This document shows, piece after piece, positions 47,801-56,547 of a stretch of DNA of 56,547 nucleotides. This stretch comes from Candidatus Woesearchaeota archaeon (lineage in GTDB: Archaea > Nanobdellota > Nanobdellia > Woesearchaeales > ARS49), in contig JACQMS010000030.1 in the NCBI GenBank assembly GCA_016203445.1, positions 1 through 56,547 of the forward strand, in the 5' to 3' direction. The notes below the pieces were generated by a model that made no database searches, was not told the origin of the DNA, and saw only the letters and a program-made list of their open reading frames with translations. The stretch's first letter is position 1. Every line of letters begins with the position of its first letter. Position numbers and translations under genes: made by a program.

Positions 47801-48022
47801 ATCGTAGCCTCTCATTCTCTTAAACCTTAGTACCGAGTCTTTGAGCGTGTTGTTCCAGGCATGACCTATGTGTAATCTTCCACTGGTGTATGGCGGTCCC
47901 TGCAAGAAGTAGAATGGTTTGCCCTTAGAACCCCTTTTTTTCAATTTTTCATAAATCTTTTTTTCATCCCAGAACTTTAATATTTCTAGCTCTATAATCT
48001 TGAAATCGTAGGATTGAAACAT
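44873..48022 (-). CDS. ileS: Isoleucyl-tRNA synthetase (archaeal/eukaryotic type)
   Basis: GPPYTSG.LHIGH, GTGLVHCAPGCG, YPHCWRC, RQRYWG, KMSKSLGN. ATG 48022 (TTG 48043 also possible). Confidence 0.97.
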   Translation of the reverse strand: MFQSYDFKIIELEILKFWDEKKIYEKLKKRGSKGKPFYFLQGPPYTSGRLHIGHAWNNTLKDSVLRFKRMRGYDVWDRAGYDMHGLPTENKVQQKFELETKKDILKFGMQKFVEECKEFSTTNAKMMDQDLLRLGVWMDYENAYYPLSPEFIEGEWWLIKKAFDQGRIYKGLKSMTWCGSCETALAKHELEYENVKENSIFVKMKSKEKGKKNEYFMVWTTTPWTIPYNLGIMVNPGIEYVRAEVEYKNKKNEVWIVAKPLAGVFIQGLMEKRYKILEEFMGEKLEGIPYEHPFSDVIPFFKSSEAKKNDRIHTILLSEEFVDTSAGTGLVHCAPGCGPEDFEVGKKYGLPAFNTLDEKGDFHEIPEFSGKKAKKDDSFFVEELRKRGALLDTTTVEHEYPHCWRCHKPVIFRTTEQYFLKIEDLRDRIKELGKNVQWVPSRGKEDFERWTSNLKDNSITRQRYWGAPVPIWECKNCKSVTCIGSRKELKQKAITPVPEDLHKPYIDEVKIKCECGGIMERISDVLDVWIDAGTTSWNCLYYPAREDYFKKYFPADFILEATEQVRLWFSLLSICSTITLDRQPFKAVYMHGMMLDYQGMKMSKSLGNIISPYEVIDKHGADVLRYYMGGVSAGENINFSWEDLGVKQRNLGVLWNLHKLVLTLAEELNVNPAKKKSKNKAGKEEEYALSLITTTIQKVTNAFETYHLDEVPILLERGYLELSRTYVQMVREKMSDEDEKHIVLETLYESITVILQLLAPIVPYATEAMYQNFREAFKLKEESIHEFEWPVSDEKIANPKLEEYIATAQDIIRAVLSAREQIKRSVRWPIQEITIVTTDKKVKDAVKTTKEIILSQCNTKKIKIAEKIGGVKHKARPNFTTLGKTYGKETSAIGEHIKQNSEKVAETLIEKDTYEFTHEGTKRKITKEHIITERETPPHLQEGMIINGHIYITKDTTPELDAEGYAREITRRVQALRKKAGLKRTDKVSLYITTSEHLQKNLAPHIEIIKEKTGSVNIHNHHEAPTTKLDWSEKDKIKEEKIEIGLNVL

Positions 48023-48094
48023 GATTGTATGGGCGATGAACACAATTTATAAAGGTTTATTTTTTTCAGAGAGCCAGCATTATTCAGATACTGT

Positions 48095-49270
48095 TTATAT
48101 ACTCGTTTCTTCTCCAGTCTTCAAGCTTTCAAGCATTATTTTTCTAGCTGTTTCTACATCTTTGAGCATTGCTTCTTCTCTTTGGCTTATTCTAGCTGAT
48201 GCTTTTACTAATTCGGCGATTCCTTTAACCAATCTTGGCGATACCTCTATTAATAATTCTTCTTCTCTTTGTTTTATGTCTTTGGCGATCATTATTATTG
48301 CTTCTTTTACTTCTTGAGTTAGTGCCGGCTCTTTTTTTCTCATAACTTCTATAAAAGTTTTGAGTATTTCTGCGTCTCCAGGGAAAAGATTTTTATCATT
48401 TGTTTCTGCGACTTTTCTTGCTATTCTTTCAAATTCTTCGCTGTTGGGCTTGTGTATTACGTGAACTATATGAAATCTTGTCAACAGTGCTGGATCGAAT
48501 GGCAGTTGTCTTCTTAAAGCGTTAGCGCTTGCTCCTCTGAACTTGTCACCTTTAGGGTTTGCCGCGGCTAGTACTCTTACGTTTGCAGGAAATTGATAGT
48601 GGTGCCCTCCTTTGTCGTAAGTCACGAATCCTTTTTCCATTGCATTGTACAATCCTGCTCTTGAGTCTTCTTTTAGCAGGTTTAACTCGTCAATAGCGCA
48701 TATCCCTTCGTGAGCCATTGGCAACAATCCTGGTTTTACCTCGTCGCCCTGAACTGTAACTGCCAGCCCAACATTTGTGGTACCGTTTCCTAATCCAAAG
48801 CTTGATATTGGCGAGCATTCAGCTGTTGATCTTACTATTTCTGTCTTTCCAGTTCCCGGATCTCCCAGCAATAATATGTGTAATTTGTCTGAGAATAATT
48901 GTAGAGCGCACGATTCTTTCACTATTTCATGACCTATTATGTTCGTTGCTATAATTTTTGATATATTGTTCAATGAGCTTTCCCCAATATTTTTAAATTC
49001 TTTCTTTATAGTTTCAACTCTTAACTTTTCATTTAATTCTTGAACTTCTGCTTTTCTTTCTCTGTCGCCAATTCCTAATACTGGTATTTTTATATCGCCA
49101 AATATTGACGTTCTGATAATCAAATAGTCTGGAATTCCAGTGTACTCTTTTATGAATTTTAGTAATTCTTTTCCTTCATCCAACGATAATAATTGTGAAG
49201 TTTTCTCGAAGAATTCTTTCTCAGTTTTCCACAATGGTCTCGCTCTTAAAACAAACCGCCCAATACCCAT
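48095..49270 (-). CDS. MCM-family AAA+ ATPase without the N-terminal MCM domains
   Basis: LLLGDPGTGKT, GLAVTV, GICAIDELN, AMEKG, LAAANP, LLTRF, SPR. Confidence 0.85.
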   Translation of the reverse strand: MGIGRFVLRARPLWKTEKEFFEKTSQLLSLDEGKELLKFIKEYTGIPDYLIIRTSIFGDIKIPVLGIGDRERKAEVQELNEKLRVETIKKEFKNIGESSLNNISKIIATNIIGHEIVKESCALQLFSDKLHILLLGDPGTGKTEIVRSTAECSPISSFGLGNGTTNVGLAVTVQGDEVKPGLLPMAHEGICAIDELNLLKEDSRAGLYNAMEKGFVTYDKGGHHYQFPANVRVLAAANPKGDKFRGASANALRRQLPFDPALLTRFHIVHVIHKPNSEEFERIARKVAETNDKNLFPGDAEILKTFIEVMRKKEPALTQEVKEAIIMIAKDIKQREEELLIEVSPRLVKGIAELVKASARISQREEAMLKDVETARKIMLESLKTGEETSI

Positions 49271-49357
49271 GGCTTTGGGTTGTGAATAGATGTATAAAAT
49301 TATTTATGTAATGGAGAACAATATTCTGATACACTCACAAATTTTTAGGCCTATAAT

Positions 49358-49996
49358 TCACGCCAAAATCTTTCTGGATCTTCTCTCAGCAAGTATTTTG
49401 CTATAATCCATCATCATCACGTCTGGGTTTGTGTATCCTTCTCTGGCCCCGATTATGAAGTGTCCTGTTTCTTCAGCCCCTAATTTTTGATGCCATCTCT
49501 TTATTCCTGGAACGTTCGGTGTGTAAGTCCATAACCATTGATAACTTGTAAGTTCTGCAACACAGTTTAAAAAAACGTTCATGGCGGTAGATGCAGTGAT
49601 TCCGCCCCATCTTGATGGAAGTGCAGTAGCATCAACAGCTATTAAAGTGTCATCAATGCTTGTTGGAGTCCTACCTTTACCATCATAATACAATTCTCTC
49701 CACGTTCTTGGTACCGCTTCATAAACTCCTTCAGTTCTTAGAGTGACTGTTTCAACAAGAAATACTGGAACTCTTTGCATGGAATATTCTGATGGTAGAA
49801 AGTTTTTGTCACATTCTTGCAACGTATCATACCAAAAGAAGAATAATGCATCAGTGGAAGTTCTTTGAATAAGTCCCTGGCTATCAAAAATAGTGTTCAT
49901 AAGTCCTTTCCACGCAATTTGCCAGGTTCTAGCTAGAACATCAAAATCTTCGTGCGCTATTTCAACAACTCCTCTTTCATCGCGTCCCAATATCAT
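49358..49996 (-). CDS. Hypothetical protein, possibly GNAT-like
   Basis: C-terminal N.PG..WHQKLG resembles GNAT motif B. Confidence 0.5.
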   Translation of the reverse strand: MILGRDERGVVEIAHEDFDVLARTWQIAWKGLMNTIFDSQGLIQRTSTDALFFFWYDTLQECDKNFLPSEYSMQRVPVFLVETVTLRTEGVYEAVPRTWRELYYDGKGRTPTSIDDTLIAVDATALPSRWGGITASTAMNVFLNCVAELTSYQWLWTYTPNVPGIKRWHQKLGAEETGHFIIGAREGYTNPDVMMMDYSKILAERRSRKILA

Positions 49997-50090
49997 TATT
50001 ATTGAAGTATAAGTAAGAGTATTAAAATCTTTTCTTGTAGTACATTAACATCCAGAATTTGTCAGGTGTTGCAAAAGTAATATATATAAA

Positions 50091-50774
50091 ATGTTAAGTT
50101 CTTACATTATGCAGTACCAATGCATTGATGGTAGAAGGTATGATTTGAGCTCATTAAATAATGATGATTCTCAAATATTCGGGCGCCTTCTAAGCAGTTT
50201 TGAATCGTCAAGATCTTGGATAGAATTTCAACAATCTACTTCTCGAGATGTTATATATCACGCAAAACGTGTTCTTGGCACTAAATGGGTAGAACACTCT
50301 CTCTATAAGATACAGTTGGATCTCGTCGGCAGAAAAGGTATCATGACCGGTGATTTTAAAATAGAAGATGTCTGTGATATGCTTGTAGTTCCTGAAGGTA
50401 TTAGAGGGATTTTTTTTACGAATGCTGATTTGGAGTTGCGCTTAACATTGGAACAGCTTGATTATGTTATGCGTCCAGTAATTATCTCTCAAAATGATGG
50501 AGAATTAAAATTTTATTCTGCATCAGAATGCTCTCTCATGGACGAGAATGATAGAGATACTGGAAGGAAAGCAACTCTAAAATTTGATGATTCAATAGTT
50601 GTTCAAGGAAATATTTTAGTCGCATATTTTTCTCATGTATACCACGTTATTTTTGGTGATGCTGCTTATAGAAAAATAATTGAAACTGGTTCTCAAGAAG
50701 TTCGTGGCAATCTTGGCGCTAAGACAAAGATTCTTTTAGTTGTTAAAGAACCTTCAACAGAAAAAATTAATTAG
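50091..50774 (+). CDS. Hypothetical protein
   Basis: 227-aa ORF, no confident motif. Confidence 0.7.
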   Translation: MLSSYIMQYQCIDGRRYDLSSLNNDDSQIFGRLLSSFESSRSWIEFQQSTSRDVIYHAKRVLGTKWVEHSLYKIQLDLVGRKGIMTGDFKIEDVCDMLVVPEGIRGIFFTNADLELRLTLEQLDYVMRPVIISQNDGELKFYSASECSLMDENDRDTGRKATLKFDDSIVVQGNILVAYFSHVYHVIFGDAAYRKIIETGSQEVRGNLGAKTKILLVVKEPSTEKIN

Positions 50775-50846
50775 TTTTTAAAATCAACAGGTTTTCCCAA
50801 AGATTTAAAACATATATCTAGAAACAGTAAATTGTGAACATATTTC

Positions 50847-50920
50847 GGGCTGCTAGTTAAACCTGGTATAACGCTCCGTTGGCTTCGGAGAGGCTCCGCG
50901 TTCAAATCGCGGGCAGTCCA
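50847..50920 (+). tRNA. tRNA-Ala(GGC)
   Basis: GGGCTGC/GCAGTCC with the G3-U70 identity pair, CTCCG-TTGGCTT-CGGAG, TTCAAAT. Confidence 0.96.
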
Positions 50921-50988
50921 ATCGAGCGAAGTGAGATTGGATTGTCTGCGGCTCCGAGTCATCGGACGAGATTGTCGCGGGCAGTCCA
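50907..50988 (+). repeat. 14-bp duplication of the tRNA-Ala 3' end flanking a REP-like insert
   Basis: TCGCGGGCAGTCCA at 50907..50920 and 50975..50988. Hairpin CCAATC-GAGCGAAGTGA-GATTGG at 50918..50940. Confidence 0.85.
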
Positions 50989-51096
50989 GAAAAAGAAGAA
51001 AGAGGTAAGATGTAAGAAGCAAGAGGTAAATTTGAGTCTTCTGTTTTCATTTTATCGTCGACATGTTTAAATAGTAGAAATGATTAGTGTGGTACT

Positions 51097-51477
51097 ATGG
51101 CAACAAGAATAGCTATATCTACAAAACTCCAAGAGATGGTAAAAAAGTATGCTTCGACACCAGCACTATTTTTTCCCCCCGAAGATGATTCTTCTTTAGT
51201 GAGACTCGTTGATGAATTCATAGAGATTCGTGAAGGTGTACGAGGTGGAAAAGCAATCATAAAAGGAACAAGAATTGCGGTATGCGATATTATAGCTGAT
51301 ACATGGTCGTTAGGCAATTCCCCCAATTTTTTTAGGAAACAGTACGTTCCACTCCTTGATCCGAGAGCAATTGACGCAGCATATGCATTTATGCTTCTTC
51401 AACCAGAAAAGGCAAAAAAAGATTATGAAGATTGTTTTTCTTATTTATCGTTCCCGAAAGATTTATATGCACAGTAG
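51097..51477 (+). CDS. DUF433 family protein (putative antitoxin)
   Basis: GVRGGKAIIKGTRIAV..I, Y..L....IDAA..F. Confidence 0.85.
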   Translation: MATRIAISTKLQEMVKKYASTPALFFPPEDDSSLVRLVDEFIEIREGVRGGKAIIKGTRIAVCDIIADTWSLGNSPNFFRKQYVPLLDPRAIDAAYAFMLLQPEKAKKDYEDCFSYLSFPKDLYAQ

Positions 51478-51492
51478 AAATATTTTTTCACA

Positions 51493-51885
51493 ATGATTCA
51501 ATTGTTTTTCTTACTCGAATATAATCTTGCTCCACTACAGAATCTTCTTCGAGCTTCTGGAAATAGTTGTTTTCTTCCTTATGAAAAAGAGATTGGATTG
51601 TCCATGAACGATCATGATCCCCTCATAATATCAAAAGTTGTTGAACACAAAAACTCTCTTGGTATTGATAGAATAATAATTACTCGAGATACAAAATTCA
51701 TTTCACATATTGGTACTACCCCAGTAAAACTAATAATACTCACTGATAAAACGGGAAAATTCGAGTTTGTTTCAATGCGATTAAAACAACTTACCGAAGA
51801 AATTATATCAAAGGGGAGAAACATGATGCAGAGAAGTGAAGGTCACGATAGTACATACGTTGAGTGCTCAAAATTTTATAAGTAA
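51493..51885 (+). CDS. DUF5615 PIN-like protein (putative toxin)
   Basis: FLLEYNL, D..II, RIIITRD.KF. Directly follows DUF433. Confidence 0.7.
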   Translation: MIQLFFLLEYNLAPLQNLLRASGNSCFLPYEKEIGLSMNDHDPLIISKVVEHKNSLGIDRIIITRDTKFISHIGTTPVKLIILTDKTGKFEFVSMRLKQLTEEIISKGRNMMQRSEGHDSTYVECSKFYK

Positions 51886-52019
51886 GGTATACATAAGATT
51901 TTTACATGTTACAAGAATATGTTTATAAGGAGATTACATTGGAAGTAATACAAGAAGAAAATATTGAAACAACAATAAGTCTTTTCTTTTAGGTGTGGAA
52001 GATTCAATACATTATTTCC

Positions 52020-52448
52020 TCAAGTCAAATACGTTTCAGATATATCTCCAACAATAACAACAAGATATTCTTTATCATATCTCTGAAGAAATGCATTGTA
52101 AAGTTCTGTTTTCTCGTGTTTTTCTGATCCTCGCAAGAGTTCGCTTAATTCCCCTTTCTTCATTCTTGTACATCGAGAGTCAACGGTGCCAATACTCGTG
52201 CTTGATACTGCACGCATTCGTTCCGTGAAAGATTTTGCATCGCCTGATTCCTCTCCAACGTTAACGGGAACGTAAAACTTGCAGAGTCCTCGAAGTCCAA
52301 CAGGTTCATACTCGCAATCCTGATTTAAAACGTCAACTTTTTGAGGAGCACAAGCATCTTTCGAAAAGAAAGCTCTCGCAACCTCTTCCAAGACAATGTC
52401 ATGCTCTTGAACTGCGATACATTCGACCAGAGAGTGGGGAGAGATCAT
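52020..52448 (-). CDS. Hypothetical protein
   Basis: Overlaps the stop of the upstream gene by 4 nt. Confidence 0.65.
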   Translation of the reverse strand: MISPHSLVECIAVQEHDIVLEEVARAFFSKDACAPQKVDVLNQDCEYEPVGLRGLCKFYVPVNVGEESGDAKSFTERMRAVSSTSIGTVDSRCTRMKKGELSELLRGSEKHEKTELYNAFLQRYDKEYLVVIVGDISETYLT

Positions 52449-53047
52449 GTGGTGGCTTCGGAACTTTCTTTTGGTGCATCGCTTTTTGTTTGAGCATCAC
52501 GAACCTTTTCGTATTCTTCCAATCTTCCCACTAAATAATCTATAAACTCAATCTTGTTTTGTTGTAGTTGCACCATCTCTTCTTCATGCTCTGGACCGTC
52601 TGAATTTGCTTGTGGATTTTTACGAATTTCTTCAGCTATTTTTTTCGAGTGCTCCCAGTACTCTTCGCAAAATTTTCTCACCGTTGTTTTCAAAACTGTT
52701 GCAATTCTCCTCTTCTGATCTACAGTATACATACTTATGAGGATTTGTTGAGCAAGAGCAGTTTCAAGATTAGTCTTTTGTCCAGATAGAGAGTCTCTTT
52801 CCATACGTTCGGGAGAGCATGATACTCCCGTAAGAGCATACAGTATGTTTGCCAAGTTGTGATTTATTTGTATATAACTAACATCGGGTTTTAACGCTTC
52901 TGGATGTTCTTGTTTTGCCTGAAATCCAAGAGTTAATCCACGAAAAAAACCCACCTCTTGAGGATTCGAAAAAATATCTTCTATCTGCCTCACGCTTTCC
53001 TCTCTCGCGTGAGAAAGAATGGTTTCATAATTTGGTAGTGTTGTCAT
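52445..53047 (-). CDS. Hypothetical protein
   Basis: 200-aa helical ORF in a four-gene run. Confidence 0.7.
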   Translation of the reverse strand: MTTLPNYETILSHAREESVRQIEDIFSNPQEVGFFRGLTLGFQAKQEHPEALKPDVSYIQINHNLANILYALTGVSCSPERMERDSLSGQKTNLETALAQQILISMYTVDQKRRIATVLKTTVRKFCEEYWEHSKKIAEEIRKNPQANSDGPEHEEEMVQLQQNKIEFIDYLVGRLEEYEKVRDAQTKSDAPKESSEATT

Positions 53048-53054
53048 TGTATCC

Positions 53055-53660
53055 TCAACTCCTCAAGTACTGTTCATGCGGTGTTCCTTTTAAGAGTTCT
53101 TCGATGAGTGCGTAATAATTTTTTCTTGTTGCTCCTATTGAAAGACATCGTACATCAGTATCCACGTCAATTGGTGCTGGAGCGATCAACATTTTTGAAC
53201 TCTGTTGTTCGTGTTGTATCGTAAATACTCCTCGATCTTTTCCAGTCTCAACGTGAGTGCCAACTATTCCTTCCAGTACTATTGGGCCAAGTTGTGCATC
53301 TTCAACGTTGAAAATTACTCCTATGTATGGAACTCCCATTCTTGTTGCTTGAAGTGCAAGAATCAATCCATAATTGTTCGGCTCTACGACTGGACTTCCA
53401 CTTATCCATGTTCTGAGTGAAAGATCTGTGAGTACAACGTTATACTTCTTTCCTTCTGAGGTGCTAGTGAGGAATTTTATACTTGCATATGCAAAACCAC
53501 TTTCTCTGTCCACCTGAAATCGAGAAGGAGAGTTGAAAGATCTATTCGCTCCTTCAAATGAAAAAACTTCTCCTTCGAACGACAATGTACTAAACTCTCC
53601 AGAAACAAGTAGTACATTGAGCGGTTCGGTGATTTTTGAATTTTTTGTTGTTTGTTCCAT
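53055..53660 (-). CDS. Hypothetical protein, possible CheY/receiver-like fold
   Basis: NVLLVS, YNVVLTDL, G..LAL, VPYIGV pattern. Confidence 0.5.
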   Translation of the reverse strand: MEQTTKNSKITEPLNVLLVSGEFSTLSFEGEVFSFEGANRSFNSPSRFQVDRESGFAYASIKFLTSTSEGKKYNVVLTDLSLRTWISGSPVVEPNNYGLILALQATRMGVPYIGVIFNVEDAQLGPIVLEGIVGTHVETGKDRGVFTIQHEQQSSKMLIAPAPIDVDTDVRCLSIGATRKNYYALIEELLKGTPHEQYLRS

Positions 53661-53661
53661 T

Positions 53662-54018
53662 TTACACCTCTCTCTGTATTTCTTCTCTCTTCGTGATTAA
53701 TTGAGCCGAGAGACCATTGCGTGCATCATGTATAATTCCTGTCAAATCTTGTTCTATCTCGTTGAGTGTTTCTTTTGTTTCTGCTTCAAAGAGTGCCTCT
53801 CCTATGTCTCCGTGAGTCATTCCACATTGTACAAGTGATTCTCGGTGTTGCCAAAAGAATGGTCCAAAAAAGTTCTTTGTGATTTTTTCGCGTTCCCACC
53901 CTTCAAACGATCGTACTCCATCATCTATGACTATGTATCCAGTAAATTTGCCGACTCTTGAAGGGTCAATGTATGTTTCTAAATCAACATTCATCGAGTA
54001 TATTGTTTTGTTGTTCAT
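53662..54018 (-). CDS. Hypothetical protein
   Basis: 118-aa ORF with GGAGG upstream. Confidence 0.65.
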   Translation of the reverse strand: MNNKTIYSMNVDLETYIDPSRVGKFTGYIVIDDGVRSFEGWEREKITKNFFGPFFWQHRESLVQCGMTHGDIGEALFEAETKETLNEIEQDLTGIIHDARNGLSAQLITKREEIQREV

Positions 54019-54141
54019 GTTCTCATACCTCCAACATTCTTAACTCTGTAGTAACTAATTACTCTTTATAATAATCTTTTCATTCAGAAATGCGATAAAA
54101 CAGTAATCTTTATATATAAAAAGAACATTTATGCGTACTAT

Positions 54142-55128
54142 ATGATAAAACTTGACCGTAAAGATTGGAAACTCCTTGCAGAACTCGACGTTGACAGCAG
54201 GCAAACATATCAATCTCTCGCAAAAAAAGTTGGGTTAAGCAAGGACGCCGTCGTTTATAGAATTGTTCGACTACAAAAAGAGGGAGTCATACAACAATTT
54301 CATACTGTTATCGATGTCGGAAAAATTGGATATATATCATTTCGTTTGTACATTGCACTTTTGAACGGGACTCCAGAAAAAGAAATAGAAATTCTCAAGT
54401 ATTTCAAACAAAAAAAAGAAGTTGCATGGCTCGTTTCCATTGATGGAGAATACAGTATTGGAATGTGGATCCTCGTCAAAGATATCGCAGAGATGAACTC
54501 GCTTTGGAAAGAGTTTTTGGAAAAGTATCACAATTACGTCGAGAAACGATCACTCTCCATATTCACGAAAGTTTCATACTTTCCAAGATCATACTTATTG
54601 GGAAAAGAAAAGACTGATGCAGAATACATTTTTATAACGGAGCCAACCATGGGTGGAAGTGACGATGTACCTGATGCAGTTGATGAAAAAGATATTGCAA
54701 TCCTTCAACTTCTTACATCTGATGCCCGAAAAAGCGTTGTAGATATATCTCAAAAGACTGGCATGACTCCCAAAACTGTCGCAGTGCGAATAAAAAATAT
54801 GGAAAAAAAGAATGTTATCGTCGGGTACAGAACACTTTTTGACCTCGAAAAAATAGGATACCAATATTTTAAGCTTCACATCAATCTTCAAAATGCTGAA
54901 AGAAAAGATATTCAACGATTTCGAACATATGTGAAACAACACCCAAATATTATCTATGACAATGAGGTTCTGGGGGGAGACGACCTCGAAATAGAAATTC
55001 AGGTCAAAAATCTTGAGCATTTTCGGGGAATCATTTCAGAAATAAAAAAACAATTCGCACCCATCATGAGAAATTACAAACACATGACATTCTACAAAGA
55101 ACATAAATCTGTTTTCCTTCCCCTTTGA
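54142..55128 (+). CDS. Tandem Lrp/AsnC family transcriptional regulator
   Basis: Two units: LDRKDWKLLAEL..DSRQ..LAKKVGLS and VDEKDIAILQLL..DARKS..ISQKTG, each with a RAM-like domain. Confidence 0.9.
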   Translation: MIKLDRKDWKLLAELDVDSRQTYQSLAKKVGLSKDAVVYRIVRLQKEGVIQQFHTVIDVGKIGYISFRLYIALLNGTPEKEIEILKYFKQKKEVAWLVSIDGEYSIGMWILVKDIAEMNSLWKEFLEKYHNYVEKRSLSIFTKVSYFPRSYLLGKEKTDAEYIFITEPTMGGSDDVPDAVDEKDIAILQLLTSDARKSVVDISQKTGMTPKTVAVRIKNMEKKNVIVGYRTLFDLEKIGYQYFKLHINLQNAERKDIQRFRTYVKQHPNIIYDNEVLGGDDLEIEIQVKNLEHFRGIISEIKKQFAPIMRNYKHMTFYKEHKSVFLPL

Positions 55129-55141
55129 ACACTCTCCACTC

Positions 55142-55261
55142 TTGGAGGACAAAGAAACATTTTTATTGACGGAAAAACCAATAGGGATACTCATACAGAA
55201 CAACGTTGCAGCACAATCCTATGACCACTTTTTTGAGCTCCTTTGGAAGAATGCGAAGTGA
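55142..55261 (+). pseudogene. C-terminal remnant of a TrmB-family regulator
   Basis: Manual translation LEDKETFLLTEKPIGILIQNNVAAQSYDHFFELLWKNAK* matches the I.I....A.....FE.LW..A end of TrmB-type proteins. Confidence 0.55.
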
Positions 55262-55303
55262 AAACGAAAGCTTTTTATATCAATTGTTCTTTAAAGAGAA
55301 CAA

Positions 55304-55828
55304 ATGATTACTAAAGAGAACAATCTGAAGGTTATGAGGGTGTTCTTCGAGAATCCGTCAAAAGAGTTTCACCTTCGACAACTGTCAAGAATAACGGGCA
55401 TATCCTTAGGTGGAATCCTCAAAATAATTCCTCGACTAAAAAAGGAAAAACTTCTTCTCTCAAGAAAAGAAAGAAATACTGAACTCGTAAGCCCGAATTT
55501 TGAAGGTAGATTCACAATCTTCAAAAGACTCTACAATGTACAATCACTTTATGACACTGGACTTATTGCAACACTTCAAAAATGGTATGAACAACCAAAA
55601 ACAATCATACTCTTCGGAAGTTATTCCAGAGGAATTGATACAGAAAAAAGTGATATAGACATCGCAGTATTCACGAACAGTAAACCACACCCCGACTTGT
55701 CAATCTTTGAAAGAAAGCTATCAAGAAAGATAAATATTCATGTCATCAACGATCGTGAAAAAAACAATAGTTTCAAAAACTCTCTCGCAAATGGAATAGT
55801 TCTTGAAGGAGTGATGGAACTCATATGA
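55304..55828 (+). CDS. wHTH + minimal nucleotidyltransferase (MNT) antitoxin
   Basis: HLRQLSRITG.S, LFGSYSRG, SDIDIAV. Confidence 0.88.
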   Translation: MITKENNLKVMRVFFENPSKEFHLRQLSRITGISLGGILKIIPRLKKEKLLLSRKERNTELVSPNFEGRFTIFKRLYNVQSLYDTGLIATLQKWYEQPKTIILFGSYSRGIDTEKSDIDIAVFTNSKPHPDLSIFERKLSRKINIHVINDREKNNSFKNSLANGIVLEGVMELI

Positions 55829-56277
55829 TACAACCATTCAATTACTACCTTAAAGGCGGAGCAGTAAGAAAATCATTATTTGATCCCATCATAGCAAAAG
55901 AATTGTTCAGAAAAGGAGAAGTGAGACTCTTAAGACTTTTAAAAAATCCACCCACTGAAGAGGAATCATCTATCTTTTTTGAAGATGTATATGAATCGAT
56001 TCGCGAATCTGCACAATCATTAATGGAACTTGGAGGGTTCAAACCTTATTCTCACGAAGCACTCATTGCATATTTAGAAGAGAAAAAAATGCTTTCTCCA
56101 GAAGAATTGAACATTTTTAACAATTACAGAATTCTAAGAAATAATTCAGTATACAAAGCCGAGAACGTTTCCATTGACAAGTGCAAAGAATCACTCTTGT
56201 TCGCTCAAAAAATACTCCCCAATATCAAAGAAAAACTTTCACTTCTACTCACAGAAGGAAAACATGAAAAGGTTTAA
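55825..56277 (+). CDS. HEPN-domain protein (putative toxin)
   Basis: Start overlaps the MNT stop (ATATGA). YRILRNNSVY gives an R-x4-Y variant of the HEPN motif. Confidence 0.75.
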   Translation: MIQPFNYYLKGGAVRKSLFDPIIAKELFRKGEVRLLRLLKNPPTEEESSIFFEDVYESIRESAQSLMELGGFKPYSHEALIAYLEEKKMLSPEELNIFNNYRILRNNSVYKAENVSIDKCKESLLFAQKILPNIKEKLSLLLTEGKHEKV

Positions 56278-56327
56278 AACATCGTCAAATCTCATATCCC
56301 AAATCAGACATCCGAAATTGGATTATC

Positions 56328-56400
56328 AGCCCCGTAGTGTAGCGGCCAATCATCCGGGACTCTGGCTCCTGGGACCTCGGTTCGAATCCGGGCGGGGCTA
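56328..56400 (+). tRNA. tRNA-Gln(CTG)
   Basis: AGCCCCG/CGGGGCT with the archaeal A1-U72 pair, CGGGA-CTCTGGC-TCCTG, TTCGAAT. Confidence 0.96.
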
Positions 56401-56547
56401 TTTTCCTTAACTCGAACCGTGCTGTGTAATTCTTCGTTTTTTGATTGCTGTTCACAAAACTTGTACATCTCACTAAAGGTAACATTTAGTTTAGGAAAAG
56501 TAAGAAATTGTCTTTTGGGAATGTTCTGTTTCTGGATTGAGCTATCG

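Overview
A 56.5 kb chromosomal segment from an archaeon, most likely a DPANN lineage such as Woesearchaeota (inferred from eS1, eL37, Lsm, Bud32, an MCM-type ATPase, an S-layer protein, a PGF-pre-PGF surface protein and archaeal-type tRNAs). Core genes are gyrB, argS, metG, ileS, pyrH, ftsZ and the rps3ae-bud32-lsm-rpl37e cluster. Five tRNAs are present: Leu-TAG, Val-GAC, Leu-CAG, Ala-GGC and Gln-CTG. An accessory region of toxin-antitoxin-like and regulator genes lies at about 49.3-56.3 kb. The strongest oddities are: (1) a full-length, divergent SecA-family ATPase among archaeal genes; (2) a small protein with 34-aa repeats resembling TAL-effector-like repeats; (3) a 184-bp fold-back element upstream of gyrB, near a tandem Fis-type HTH gene; (4) a family of dispersed REP-like hairpins, mostly beside tRNA genes; (5) a voltage-sensor-only membrane protein; (6) two unannotated microproteins with strong ribosome-binding sites. 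All functional calls rest on motif recognition by eye; no database searches were run.
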